Positions 1 through 13,896 of a stretch of 64,000 bases of DNA are shown here, in pieces (the first letter of the stretch is position 1; every line of letters starts with the position of its first letter). This DNA is from Octopus vulgaris (taxonomy: Eukaryota), in contig OX597826.1 of NCBI GenBank assembly GCA_951406725.2, positions 67,208,001 to 67,272,000 on the forward strand. The letters are read 5' to 3'. The position numbers and the translations under genes were made by a program. The notes beneath the pieces were generated by a model that made no database searches, was not told the DNA's origin, and saw nothing but the letters and a program-made list of their open reading frames with translations.

Positions 1-1124
1 TAAGATGTGAAACTCTTTTGACGCTGAGAGACTTGCTGAAAATTCGAAAGGGTTTGCAATAGTTTTAGTTCCCATCAGGAGAAGAGCATGCAGTAGTTGT
101 AAGGAACACCATCAGTTTCTGCGGCCTGCAAATCATGTCTCATGTTTATTTCATTCTTATGAGGGAAACATTTTACATTTGAAACAAAGAACACGGAATA
201 GTTAAAATAATTTTACACTCCGTGTTCTATTATATTGTAATGAAATTAATTTTCTTACAGCTATAGAATTCAGGAAGCTTAACAATTATATGTCTTTTAT
301 TTGAATCAAGATTACAACCTTATCGTTTAGTATATATTTTCCCGAGAATTGTTATTCGTTTGCTTTCCATATCAGTCTTTTAAATATACCAACGAGATTT
401 GATTAGCTTAAAGACATTTTTATTACCATTAAACTCATTTCGCCAAATACAAGGTATGTTTTCTTCATTTAAACATTCTAGCCAAGTTGTTTCTTTATAA
501 TCATCAGTGTTGTAAAATGTTATTACAGGAATTAACATAGAACTTTCATGTGATACTATTTACAATATGTTTTCATGTTATTAAAGAAATTATACAAATT
601 ATAGGATAATAATTTCCCTTCATACTGCTATTAGCAACCATTTCCAACTTCTTGTGAGTAATTTCACACATTCTTATGGTATATACTAAATATTTTCTCC
701 TCTATAAACAAGTTTTTTAATCGCGAAAAATCAATATTCATCTTAGATACACACACGCAATTATAAGGTTACATTTTATTCACCATAACCTAACAGGGAT
801 TTCAATTTTGAAGTAAATTCTGACCTTTTAATAACTTGAACAAGAAAAAACACCCATCCTTTAATGCAAATAATCGAACGCTAACAAACGTATCAGATAT
901 TTACTTAGTTTTATTACTACGGCAACCAGCTACCCACCATTGACCTTACCCTTGTGTTAAGTAACGCAAATAGTATTCATCTAGACACATCAAACAGATG
1001 TCTTCATTGTTAATTATTTAGAGCCTCTGCTTTTAACTAATCATTATATATGCAATATATTTCTTCAAATACTGTTTGAGAAGATTGTTCCAGACGAACC
1101 TTTAACATCACAGAAAGGATTTTA

Positions 1125-1127
<3 letters not shown>

Positions 1128-1168
<41 letters not shown>

Positions 1169-1170
1169 TG

Positions 1171-1205
<35 letters not shown>

Positions 1206-1227
1206 TAAGAGGTATAGATATATATTC

Positions 1228-1303
<76 letters not shown>

Positions 1304-1555
1304 GTATATGCATATTCATACATATATCTATACTTATACGCATATATATGGATGTATATATATACATACATATATGTATATATATATACATGCATACATA
1401 TATATTTATATATGTGTGTGCACGTGTGTGTATGTATGCGTAGATATGATAATATACATACACATTTACACACATATTCACTTACACATATATGTATACG
1501 TATATGCATATACATACATATATCTATACAATTACACATATATATAAATGGATGC

Positions 1556-1587
<32 letters not shown>

Positions 1588-1749
1588 ATGTGTGTGTGCG
1601 TGTGTGTGTGTATATATATATATATATGCAGATATACAAACACATTTACGCACATATATACGTACACTTAGTCGTATAAAACAAAATCGGACTATGAAGT
1701 TTGATTGATTTATATAATATATACACGCACACACACACACACATTCACA

Positions 1750-1796
<47 letters not shown>

Positions 1797-1810
1797 AAAC
1801 GCGCGCGCAC
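1128..1810. repeat. Compound (CA)n/(TA)n/(GA)n/(TG)n microsatellite block
   Basis: Direct inspection; it explains the low-complexity YI/CV/HT ORFs. Confidence 0.95.
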
Positions 1811-2146
1811 ATCTTAAATTACTGGTTTTTCAACAGCGTTTCCTTTTCCATAACGTACTTATAGAACGTCTTTATAGCTGTATTTTGACAACAGTCTGTG
1901 TAAGAAGGATTGTAAACAAACCGTCTGCAGACTGTGTGTGCACGAACATAAAACGAACAAACAGTTATGAATACATTTCGAGTCTTCTAGAAATCTTTGT
2001 CAGCAGCTGTGCACCACTTTTAAATAACCACACAATATAATCGTCTAAGATTAGAGAGTATATGACCAATTTGTCCAGACAAATTATTTACAACGTTTGT
2101 AATACTGCTAATGGTAAAGTAATCATGAATATATTTTGTACAGCAA

Positions 2147-2186
2147 TACATACATACATACATACATACATACATACATACATACA

Positions 2187-2243
<57 letters not shown>
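2147..2243. repeat. (TACA)n(TA)n microsatellite
   Basis: Direct inspection. Confidence 0.95.
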
Positions 2244-2247
<4 letters not shown>

Positions 2248-2254
2248 TAATAAA

Positions 2255-2520
2255 TAAAATATATGCATACAGAGAATCATATATGTACGTACCGACATCT
2301 ACATATATATATATATATATACATGCATATATAAATATATATATACGTGAGTACAGGACACCACAAATAGACGCAGAACTCAACGAGAACGAAAACGTAA
2401 AAATAAGCATGGAACGAACCTTTTTTTTTTACAAAGTAAAAACAGAGTACTAGACAAACTACACAAGGAAAGATCCCCTTCATCAGCTGTCCCTAGTTCA
2501 ACTCAAGCGTGTTTCGAAGG
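2255..2520 (-). repeat. Interspersed repeat (second, inverted copy at ~35420-35720), possibly PLE-derived
   Basis: Shares gagtacaggacaccacaaata...acagagtac...cgtgtttcgaagg with the reverse complement of 35465-35640. Confidence 0.75.
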
Positions 2521-2544
2521 TGTATCTATATATATATACATATT

Positions 2545-2910
2545 CTTTTATTCTTTTGTTTCAGTGAGACATTTGACTATGGTCATGCAGGAGAACCGCT
2601 TTTGAGTTATACGACCCTAGGACGTATTCTTTGTCACCCAGATACTTATTTTAGCGCAATCTTTTGCCGAACCGCTAAGTAATGGGACCGTAAACACACC
2701 AACATCAATTGTCAAACGATTGGTGGGGGGAACACAGACACAAGGGATACACACATACACACACACACACATACACACACACACACATATATATGCGACG
2801 AGCTTCTTCCAGTTTCCCTCTACCAAATCTACTCATCAGGCTTTGGTTGGCCCGAGGTTACAGGAGAAGACACTTGCCCAAGGTGCCACACAGCGGGACT
2901 GAACCCAGAA
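2545..2910 (-). mobile_element. SINE family A (tRNA-derived, internal TA/TG microsatellite), 5'-truncated
   Basis: Reverse complement matches the copies at 5229 and 7735 (ggttcagtccc...cttgggcaagtgtcttc...gatttggtaga...ttagcggttcggcaaaag). Confidence 0.85.
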
Positions 2911-2949
2911 CTATATTCATATCTATCCATATATATACATGCATACATA

Positions 2950-2992
<43 letters not shown>

Positions 2993-3086
2993 GAGTGTAT
3001 TTTACCTTGTTAACAATTAACACGGAAAAATAAATAAATAGTTACCAGGGCAGCAAAAATCTCACAAGTAACTCCATTTTTTATTC

Positions 3087-3121
<35 letters not shown>

Positions 3122-3202
3122 GTACTGAACCGTGATAGAAAATTCAAAAGAAATGTACCGCAGCTGGTGAGAGATAAATATTATTATTTAAAGGTCACAA
3201 TC

Positions 3203-3203
<1 letters not shown>

Positions 3204-3295
<92 letters not shown>
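3204..3295. repeat. (CA)n microsatellite
   Basis: Direct inspection. Confidence 0.95.
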
Positions 3296-3300
<5 letters not shown>

Positions 3301-3334
3301 CACAGACACACACGCACGTATACTTTATCTAGCA

Positions 3335-3546
3335 ATGGCGAGCTGGCTGAATCGTTATTGTGCAGGGAAAAGTACTTTGCGGTATTTCGTCCGACTTTAC
3401 TTTTTGAGTTCAAATTGTGCCAACGTCGACTTTGCGTTTTATCTCTACGGGGGCGATGAAATAAGTAACAGATAAGCATTGGGATCGATGTAATCAATTT
3501 ATTCCCTTCCCCGCCAATTTGCTGCAATTGTGCCAAAATTTGAAAT

Positions 3547-3550
<4 letters not shown>
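3335..3550 (+). mobile_element. SINE family B (tRNA head + MetaSINE-like core), older copy
   Basis: ggcgagctggc A-box-like start, gagttcaaatt B box, and a gtcgactttgc core shared with the other family B copies. Confidence 0.8.
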
Positions 3551-3600
<50 letters not shown>

Positions 3601-3642
3601 ACACACACACAGACACACACACACACACACAGACACACACAC

Positions 3643-4145
3643 GTTATTGCAAGCTGCAAAAGAATGTCTTTTAGATAATGTCTTCTATGAGACATGATTC
3701 TCTGGCATTAGGTAAAAAAAAAATTCCAACAAAGTTCATCAAATTGGAAGCGACGGTTCAAAAAGACTGGTCGAACGTTTAAAATTTAAACAACCACCAG
3801 GTTAAACACAGTTGGCCAGATCTCGTGTGGGACCACGTGGAAAAATGCTTGTGTCGTGGAAATCAGCTGCCCTATGGACACCAATGCGCTCAGAAAAATG
3901 CAGGAGATACAATACCTCTATGAACCATTGATAATGTGTTTTTAAATCCAGTACCCAAGATAAACTTTCAGCTTTATACGTATTATATATGGAGCGAAAA
4001 GATACGTACCAGCCCGCCTGAAGCTAACAATGGCAGAACTTGTGTTTTGGGGGAGAGGAAGCAAGTACGTAAATCAAATTTTGAAATGATCACGTTCTCT
4101 GGGGAAATAAAATTGTGTGAGATCTTAAGATTTAAAGGATGTTGA
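3643..4145 (+). pseudogene. Decayed C-terminus of an RLE-type non-LTR retrotransposon (zinc knuckle + restriction-like endonuclease)
   Basis: Frame-shifted translation: VIASCKRMS..MRHDSLA, then KHSWPDLV.WDH..EISCPMDTN..KMQE..YEPL, then YPR*TFSFIRIIYGA. This follows the RHD / PD..E..K RLE signature. Confidence 0.7.
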
Positions 4146-4611
4146 ACAAAACAATATGCTTTCTGTCAAAATTTTGGTACGAAGTAAACTAACGGTCAAC
4201 ATTAAATCTTAAATTGAAAAGAGAAAAATAATTCATACACTCACACACACACACACATACACACACAGAGACGAGCTGTCTTTCTCTCTCTTTCACACAC
4301 ATATATACATATGAATTGAAGGTTAGAAGTCTACAACAACAAAAAATGAGAAGACGAAATGTCAATAAGAGAGAGAATATAGATAATGGATGATTTGTCA
4401 CTGAAAACATTATCTTGCTTGGCTCCGATGTTTCAGATAAAATATTACCTTTCGTACTGAGTAACAGGATAGAGGTAATAGAAAGAGTATTAAAATTAAC
4501 GTCCGTTTAGATTACCATGGTGGAATTGTATGAGCGACAAGGAAATATATCTGAATAAAATGTATCTGGAAGGTATAAACAATCTTGCGTAAAATATATA
4601 TGTACATATAT

Positions 4612-4818
4612 ACTCTTTTACTCTTGTACTTGTTTCAGTCATTTGATTGTGGCTATGCTGGAGCACCGCCTTTAGTCGAGCAAATCGACCCCAGGAGATA
4701 TTCTTTATAAGCCTAATACTTATTCTATCGGTCACTTTTACCGAACCGGTAAGTTACGGGCACGTAAACACACCAGTATCGGTTGTTAAGCGATGTTAGG
4801 AGGACAAACATAGAGACA

Positions 4819-4860
<42 letters not shown>
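4612..4860 (-). mobile_element. SINE family A, 3' half
   Basis: tgtttcagtcatttga...ctggagcaccgcctttagtcgagcaaatcgacccc, ending in (CA)n. Confidence 0.85.
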
Positions 4861-4861
<1 letters not shown>

Positions 4862-4971
4862 TCTTACTGACAGCACACACACAGACACATGCACACACAC
4901 ACACACGTCTACACGCACAAGAGAAATAAATATTCGCTGAAATTATAAACAAAGACTGGGTTGTTTAGGTT

Positions 4972-5039
4972 CAAAGGCTCGGGAAATTCTGGCTGATGAG
5001 TCACCATATGGCAAAACACCTGTGTTCCGGAATCCTTTG
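4972..5039 (+). ncRNA. Type I hammerhead ribozyme motif (one core substitution, G12A)
   Basis: Stem I ATTCTGG(4986-4992)/CCGGAAT(5027-5033) plus distal CAAAGG/CCTTTG; core CTGATGA(4993-4999); stem II GTCA/TGGC; AAAA in place of GAAA; stem III ACA(C)/(G)TGT; GUU cleavage triplet. Confidence 0.7.
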
Positions 5040-5228
5040 CACCAAAGCACAGAAAGATTTATGAACACACTGTCATCTCAAAAGAGGGAGGGTGTTCTCT
5101 TGTAGCGTAAACAGCAATGACAAGCGTACTTGCTTTAGAATCTGTCGCAACGACTTAAGAATGACTATACAAACCATTGTCTCAGATCTCACTAGACATA
5201 AACAATGATTTAATATATACATATACAA

Positions 5229-5636
5229 GGTGCAGGAGTGGCTGTGTGGTAAGTAGCTTGCTAACCAACCACATGGATCCAGGTTCAGTCCCACTGCGTG
5301 GCATCTTGGGCAAGTGTCTTCTGCTATAGTCCCAGGCCGACCAATGCCTTGTGAGTGGATTTGGTAGACGGAAACTGAAAGAAGCCTGTCGTATATATGT
5401 ATATACATATATGTATGTGTGTTTGTTTGTGTGTCTGTGTTTGTCCCCCTAGCATTGCTTGACAACCGATGCTGGTGTGTTTATGTCTCCGTTACTTAGC
5501 GGTTCGGCAAAAGAGACCGATAGAATAAGTACTGGGCTTACAAAAAGACTAAGTCCCGGGGTCGAGTTGCTCGATTAAAGGCGGTGCTCCAGCATGGCCG
5601 CAGTCAAATGACTGAAACAAGTAAAAGAGTAAAACA
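5229..5636 (+). mobile_element. SINE family A, full length
   Basis: tRNA-like head (tggctgtgtgg A box, ggttcagtccc B box), internal TA/TG microsatellite and aaagagt tail; many homologues in the window. Confidence 0.9.
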
Positions 5637-5698
5637 AGATACAGATGTAATACCTAAATACTTTTGTCATTATTCACTGGGTAAGTAAGGATGTGGAG

Positions 5699-6358
5699 CA
5701 GGGTTTCTCAAAACTTTTTTTTTATCTCTGAACTACTTTGATTACAATTTTATCCTCATAATCATTCGATGTTTAGAAATTAGTGTTGCAGAAACTTCTT
5801 TTAAAATTCCTATTTTGGTTTTTCACACATCAACTAGTGTAGGTCGAACAATGTAAAATATTAGAGAAAGAAATCGAGCGGCATCTTGCAATACATAGTG
5901 TAGGAGCACTCTGTCGGTTACGACGACGAGGGTCCCAGCTGATCCGAACAACGGAGCAGCTTGCTCGTGAAATTAACGTGCAAGTGGCTGAGCATTCCAC
6001 AAACACGTGTACCCTTTACGTAGTTCTCAGGGAGATTCAGCGTGACACAGAGTGTGACAAGGCCGGCCCTTTGAAATACAAGTACTTCTCATTTTTGCCA
6101 GCTAAGTGGACTGGAGCAACGTGAAATAAAGTGTCTTGCTCAAGGACACAACACGTCACCAGGAATTGAAATCTCGACCTTAAAATCGTGAGCCGAATGC
6201 CCTAACCACTAGGCCACGCGCCTTCACAAAAGCAAATTTTTTTCAGAGGACCTTAAAGGACTTTTGTGGATCCCAAATTGACTGTTTTGTTGCGTGGGCC
6301 TCCCAAAAATCTTATATGCACCCTCAGGGTCAGTAAGGACCCCAGTTAGGGAGCACTG
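5699..6358. mobile_element. hAT/Charlie-like non-autonomous element, interrupted by a SINE
   Basis: Termini cagggtttctcaa / tagggagcactg with a degenerate 8-bp flank (atgtggag/atatagac). Interior is homologous to 17830-18072, which ends beside atctagat. Confidence 0.55.
5902..6227 (-). mobile_element. SINE family C (tRNA head, tgtgtccttgagcaagacact core, Deu/Nin-like 3' domain)
   Basis: Minus strand begins gtgaaggcgcgtggcctagtggttaggg, nearly the same head as 40393; core shared with 15990, 28290 and 40393. Confidence 0.8.
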
Positions 6359-7734
6359 ATATAGACAATGATGTGTGAAAGCTCACTGTCTTGAAGCTGA
6401 GCAAAGCAAGAGCAAATATATTTTAACCAAGCCTCTAACACGCATACTCATTCTTACACATATAAATAAATACTTACACATAAGTAAATTCTTACATATA
6501 CATATAAATACACACATGCATAGGCACACTCTCTCACAAAAATGCATATACTATCGCATTACACTTCTTCACTTTCACGTACTACACACTCATACTTACA
6601 TTTCTATGTGTTTGAGCGTGTGTTCATGTCTGTTTATGCATGTTTGTATATAAGTTTAAGCTTCTCTATGTATGTATGTTTCTTCTATTTTTTAATTATT
6701 ATAAATCTTCCACTGAGGAGGGAACCGGTTTGGATCTATGTTTGATATATGTATGTATGTTTGTATATATGCTTGTATGTATGTATGCATGTATTTATGT
6801 AAGTTTGTATATATGTTTGTATGTATATATCCATATCTGTAACTTGTATGCCTTTGTAGACTTTTATTTATATATCAAATTGCGTTAATTACTGTGGATA
6901 ATTATGCTATGCATTGTATAATTACATCGAGTTCAATCTCTTTTTATTAGCTCCTTTATCGCCAATTGCTTGGACTCTAAGTTTCTTTCTTGTCTTATTT
7001 GCATACACGCAAAGTTAATTAAACCCCTTTAATCGCTTATTGACTTTTTATAAACATTACCTCTATCAGTTAAATTATTCCGGTCTATTTAGGCATTCTC
7101 TTTCAACATTAAATGTCATTTCAAATAGGTCATTGAACGAAAGTACAATAACGTAACACATCTCTTTAATCTTTATTTCTATTATGTCTCCACAGGCACT
7201 TGAACCAACCGCTAACCTTTATGAAGCTATTATCTATTTTATTTATTATATGATTTTGTTTATACATTCCATTATTTGGCATTTTCCTATAAAATATAGC
7301 TCTCTATCTGTTACTTTGAGTAAGGCACCCGCTGTTATGATCAGTTATACTGTTTCAATTTCTCAATTTCTCTCTATCATCAATTAGATGGATACCATAT
7401 ATGGCCGTCTTTATCTTCCAAATAACTAATTTCAATTTTACCCGTTCATCAAGCCAGAATATCGTTCAAACCCCGAGCATTTTGTTTCTTACACTGTAAT
7501 CCATCCTTCATAATACATAAAATCTCATCATTGTGAAATCTTCTGTACTTCATTTTCATATATTCACAAAAACAGGCGAATATCTCAGTAAGCAGGTCAT
7601 GTAAAAAACCCATCTAACACAACGTCTAATCAAGATTATAGTAATCCTTATATGATGTCAATGACGTGTGACAGGAGAAACTGTAAACCCGAAGTTTGTT
7701 ACCAATTAGAAATTTTGTTGTATTAATCATATAA

Positions 7735-8158
7735 GAGTGGCTCTGTGGTAAGTAGCTTGCTTACGAACCACATGGTTCCGGGTTCAGTCCCAGTGCGTGG
7801 CACGTTGGGCAAGTGTCTTCTACTATAGCCTCGGGCCGACCAAAGCCTTGTGAGTGGATTTGGTAGACGGAAACTGAAAGAAGACCGTCGTATATATGTA
7901 TATATATATATATATATGTGTGTATGTGTGTGTGTGTGTTTGTGTGTCTGTGTTTCCCCCCCCCAATCACTTGACAACCGATGCTGGTGTGTTTGCGTCC
8001 CCCGTAACTTAGCGGGTTGGCAAAAAGAGACAGATAGAATAAGTACTAGGCTTACAAAGAATAAATCCTGGGGTAGATTTGCTCGATTAAAGGCGGTGCT
8101 CCAGCATGGCCACAGTCAAATGACCGAAAAAAGTAAAAGAATACAAGAATAAAAGAAT
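7735..8158 (+). mobile_element. SINE family A, near full length
   Basis: Colinear with 5229-5636. Confidence 0.9.
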
Positions 8159-8556
8159 CAGTAAGGAAATAACGAGTACAAAGATTATTTTCAAAAGATA
8201 TTTTATTCGCTTACATACGTTTCAAATGAACGGGTGGGCTGCATCCGTGATATATATATATATATCCTAGTTTGAAAGAAAATGTTGTTTGTAATCGATC
8301 CATTGACTATCAATCAATCAATCAGACAATTTCTGGAATATTTATCTTCTAAATCATTCTCATCACAGAATGTACAGTATCTCTTAGCATGCAAGCCACA
8401 ATGAATATAGCTATATGAGCATATGCGTATATGCGTAAGGTGGAGGTGTACGGTTGGCGAGGTATTTTCGTGCGCACATTTGATTGACAATGTCATCTCA
8501 TGTCTGTGTAATAGGCATACCTATGAACACAGCAACTATTCCAAGCACGAACGGAA

Positions 8557-8569
8557 GGTAGTAGCAGCT

Positions 8570-8618
<49 letters not shown>

Positions 8619-8641
8619 CAGTAGTAGTAGCAGTGGTAGTA
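8557..8641. repeat. (GTA)n microsatellite
   Basis: Direct inspection. Confidence 0.95.
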
Positions 8642-8854
8642 TAGAATATATAACTGCTTTTTCTTTGGAGAATTAACAGTACATAGGAGTTCAAAGCATA
8701 TATGATACTACCATGTCAGTTAAGATGCATAGACAGGACAGAGGTAGATGCACACATACACACAAACGCGCACTCACTCACTCTCTCTCTCTCACACACA
8801 CACAGACACACACTTATATATGTTCCCATGAATTATTTAAAAACTACATTGTTT

Positions 8855-8868
8855 CATATATACACACG

Positions 8869-8939
<71 letters not shown>

Positions 8940-9121
8940 GTATATATATATATATATATATATACATACAACTATATATATTTATATTTATATTTATAAT
9001 ATATATATATATATATTTATATGTATATATGTGTGTGCCTATGCGTGTATGTGGTGCGTGTGTGTGTATGTAGTATGTATATATATATATATATATCAAT
9101 CTATCTATCTATCTATCTATC

Positions 9122-9202
<81 letters not shown>

Positions 9203-9215
9203 GTGTGTGTGTATG
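8855..9215. repeat. Compound (TA)n/(TATC)n/(TG)n microsatellite
   Basis: Direct inspection. Confidence 0.95.
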
Positions 9216-12076
9216 TATTCTAAATGGATTTACATTTACACTGACCAGATACGTAAATAGGATATCATGCTACCTAACGTTGATCGCTGGCTGACACAGC
9301 CTGGCCTCTACAAATGTACCAGTAAATTGCCTTCTAGTTATTTCTACGCTGACGCCATCCCACTCCTCGTTCGAAGAAGCTTTAAATGTAATTTCAAGCA
9401 GAAAAGTCGGGTTTGATCTAGAATCAGATTAAGTGATGTTAGCTCTGAAAATCAGTATAAAAATTCTCTAGAGTTGTTTTAGACTATAGAGATATTTGCT
9501 AAATCAATTACTCCTTCTGTATGTTTTCAGTTTAATTGTAAGTTGTATTCACATTGATATAGGTACGGATGTCTGTTTGTATTTATATGTTATGCTTATA
9601 CATATATATATATATATATATATATGTTTAAAATACCTGTATACATATACTTAAATAAATGTATGTATGTACGTAATATAAGTATACATACACACAGGCA
9701 CACTCACCCATATATTCCTTACACACTTATATACATACTTACATAAAAAAACGGTACCCCTGATTAGGTCATTGAGTACCCAAAATCAAGTGTAATTAAG
9801 TCATTACGCTTTTAAGTGCCCGCACGCACTGAGAACAGTAAACATACAGTCATTATATAAAAGTACACTTTTATTTCACTCACACTCTCTGTATCTCTTG
9901 TCTCTCTCTCTTTCCACACACACACACACACACAAACTCACATTCACATACATTACCACAGACGTGCGTTCCCACACACATATGCATAACTGTCCAACAG
10001 TGTAGACAAAGCAACCGGGTGTAATTATACAATGCTAGTCACGATGCATTTCCAATACCTTCTTCATTGCGTCATTCCATTTCATTCCATTCATTCTTGG
10101 CCCAAATAGTTTAACTAAAGCAGTTTCTCATCGAAAGCTTGTGAGTGGCTTTCTCCGAACTCATGGATAACACCCGACAACTTCATGGCTTCTACTGTTG
10201 TCCAAGAACCGTGCTATATTCGTTTACTGAACATGATGAAGATTCGAATATAATGTCCAACTAATCTCAATGTAATCTCCAAACAATGTCAACGTAATGT
10301 CGAAATAATGTCAAAGCTCTCACATATATTCAAAAATATATTCACATTACTCATATTCAAAATGTAAAGGGGTCATTTGTTTCAAAGAGCATATATTAAT
10401 TTGTTATTCAGTGGCCTTAATTCTTCAATAAATAATTTAAGTGTATTTCAAGGAAACTACGCTTACGCATACACCCACATATCAATGTTCTCGTGCATAC
10501 ACACACACATAACTATATTGTATTTAATGTATTAATATCTATCTTGTTTTCAATAGGAGAAATAGATTTCAAGTGTCAGGGAAAACATTGAGCTCAATAT
10601 AATTTCAATAATGTCTCCTCTTCCACCTTTAATACACACATTTCGAGCTAGAGCAGATTGAGTGGTGAAACTTGATATAGCTCTAACCGGAAATACCTTT
10701 AAAGGTGACATTCTCATCATACATATTCTTTCTGGTACTCAGAAAGACAGAAGACAAATTCGAAGTCTCAATAGTTTTGTAATCTAAAAGAGAAGAATGT
10801 CGATAATATAAATATACGCTGTTAAATCATTCGAAACTTCCAATTCACAACATAAATAGAATAAAGATATGTTTACTTCGTTTTCTTAGAAATTTAACAT
10901 TTTAACATAGGCATTTGATATGCTGAACAGGAAATCGGAATTAATTTCCAAATGCGAATACGAAAATAATATCTCTTGAGACATTTTCAATTACCTACAG
11001 GGTAATAAGGTAGCTTTTAAAAATAGTAATATACTTTAACGAAGTGTGTTTTTTTACATGTTTTTCTAAACATTGTTATATTTCTCATGAATGTTCCGCA
11101 AACGTATGTGTATATATATGTACAGACGGCATATAAGTTGTTATCAATGCACAGGTTGCTGTCAGCGTTCTCAAGTTTATTCCTTTTTATTTTAGTCTAT
11201 ATATGCTTGAGTGTGGTCGCATACGTGTGCATATGGATATCTATACATGTACGTATGGAGGGAGATGTATGTATATCAAAATGAAATAATATTTTTCCTT
11301 TATTTATCATATATTTATTATTTATCATATATTTATATATCATGAGTTAGACATTTTTTATACTTGATTATTTTCAAGATTCCTTACGCTAAAAATATAA
11401 ATTCGAATAAAAATATAAATCCGAGAATGAGAAACGAAAGCCTGAAATTCGCTTATGCATACAAATACGTACAACATTCTAACCGTGTTTTTTACCAAAT
11501 TATATAAAAGAAAAAGACTAATAACTGAGAAGTAACAAAATAAATGAAAAATTTAAAAAACAGAAAAAAATGAAGAAACTGCACAAAAAATAGATTTCTT
11601 GCTTAGGAGAGTAATAAACTTACTCTCAGGAAAATGACAGCGACGGACATAGTTCAATATTTGTTAGACCCTATCAGCCAAACATATCCTTCTCGAATTT
11701 TCTTCATCAGAAGAGAGTGACGATGCATACAAGAAAATTGTTAAAAGGAATTGTAGACAGAATAGTTGGTTAATTGTAAAGGAAGACCAAAGAAGATAGC
11801 TTTCAGTGAGACGATACTAAGAATTTAAATAAATTACGAATTAATTCATGTATTTCGTTTTTTGCTAAAGATTGTTGGTAACAATTTCTTAATAAATTGA
11901 AATTTGCTTCTGAATATCAAAATCACAAACAGATGTAAGGATAAATGGATGTATGAATATATGAATATATGAATCAATGTCTGAATATAAGGATGAATGG
12001 ATCCTTACATTTATATATACAATTTGTAACGAGCAAGCATAAGTTTCTGCATACATTCGTATAGATGTATGAATAT

Positions 12077-12113
<37 letters not shown>

Positions 12114-12758
12114 CGAATTTGCTCTATTTTGTTATTTTTTGCTTTTACGTTATCTTCCTTTACGTCCTGCTCCTCCTCTTCCTCCTTCTCTTCCTCCTCC
12201 TCCTCCTCTTCCTCCTCCTCCTTCTCCTCTCTCTCTCTTATCTTCTTGGCTATCTTTGTACATTATATTCTTAGACACTAGATTTTTATATACCTTGCTT
12301 TATCCTTAACGCCAATCCTTCACTTCCTCTCTCACCATATATACCTCTTTTTCTATCCATTTACTTTTCTTTCTTTTTACCATTTAATAGGCACATCCTC
12401 TACCATTCTGTTACGTTGATATGTTCGCGTCTTTTTTCTAGATATTTATACTATCAGGACTTTAACCTACATGGAGCTACGCAGGATTGCGCCTATATCT
12501 GCAAGATCGGAAATTCCATCTGTGGGTTTTATGCTTCTTTTTTTCTTCACTTTCTTCATCTCTTTGTTCCTTTACACCTGTCCGCATTTCATTAATCTAT
12601 ACCCTTCTCGTTTTCCCCATTTGTCTCCGATGACGGAATATGCCACACTCTGGGATATCCCAGAAACAGCTGTAAGACTTCGAATCTTTTTTCCAATAAT
12701 AATAATGTATACGACTTGAGATGTTTGCCTTGCCTTAACGTTTGCTGTTTTCTTTACC

Positions 12759-12828
<70 letters not shown>

Positions 12829-13502
12829 CATATAAAAGTAGATAAATGGTACAACAAGGCACCAATATTTGTATTGCATTATTATTTTCATATAAACACA
12901 CACACACACACACATATATATACATATATATATACATACATATGTATACATATATATACACACATATATATATATACATATATATACATACATATATATA
13001 TCTACAATTAAACGTACATATACATATATACATACACACACACACACACATATATATATATAAACATATGAACAAGTTTTTATGCATACACACATACTAT
13101 ATGTATATATGTACTTATAGTTACAAATTCTTTATTCGGTGGGTGCGCATTTATAATTGCTTTTGCACGTGTTTCAACAATTTTTGGTTCTACACACATA
13201 TAGATCTATATACATATGAACATCTGTGTGTGTGTGTGTGTGTCTATATATTATATACTTATGTACGTCATAACAAACATGTATATATGTATGTATTTAC
13301 ATTTTTGCATCTATATTATATCTATAATAATATACACACGCACACACAAAACCAGTTTACCACTAATACCAGTCCCTCCCCACCTTCACCAGAGTCACAT
13401 TCTCATTCCCACCCCACCTACTGTACCCATTGTATAGCCCTATATTCACTATCCCGATTCTGTACAACTAGGTTTCTTTGGTTCCAGTTCTTAGCCCAAA
13501 CA

Positions 13503-13896
13503 TTCTTTTCTTTTCTAATCTGGGCACAAGGCCCGCAATTTTGGGGGAGTGGGCCAGTCGATTAGATCGACCCCATTACGCAACTGGTACTTAATTTATC
13601 GACGCCGAAAGGAAGATAGGCAAAGGCGACCTCGGCAGAGCTTGAACTCAGAACGTAAAGACAGACGAAATACATATTTCCTTACTAGCCACAAGGGGCT
13701 AAACACAGAAGAACAAACAAGGACAGACAAACGGATTAAGTCAATTATATCGACCCCAGTGCGTAACTGGTACTTATTTAATCGACCCCAAAAGGATGAA
13801 AGGCAAAGTCGACCTCGGCGGAATTTGAACTCAGAACGTAGCGGCAGACGAAATACCGTCAAGCACTTCACCCGGCGTGCTAACGTTTCTGCCAGC
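13503..13896 (-). mobile_element. SINE family B dimer (two different tail variants)
   Basis: One head and two core units; junction at ~13673. Confidence 0.85.

Noticed and set aside
1-125. Possible minus-strand exon at the window edge
   Set aside because: Poor polypyrimidine tract, stops in all frames, and no recognisable peptide.
1108-1794. Long ORFs such as 228 aa (1108-1794), 239 aa (12846-13565), 189 aa (27358-27927) and 208 aa (34485-35111)
   Set aside because: They are translations of microsatellites with no domain content.
2472-2492. Similarity to miR-133 (tccccttcatcagctgt)
   Set aside because: The seed mismatches, there is no precursor hairpin, and it lies within an interspersed repeat.
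9274-9444. Possible minus-strand exon after a good acceptor (ttttatactgattttcag)
   Set aside because: All three frames from that acceptor hit stops and the donor is weak. A non-coding exon cannot be excluded without RNA data.
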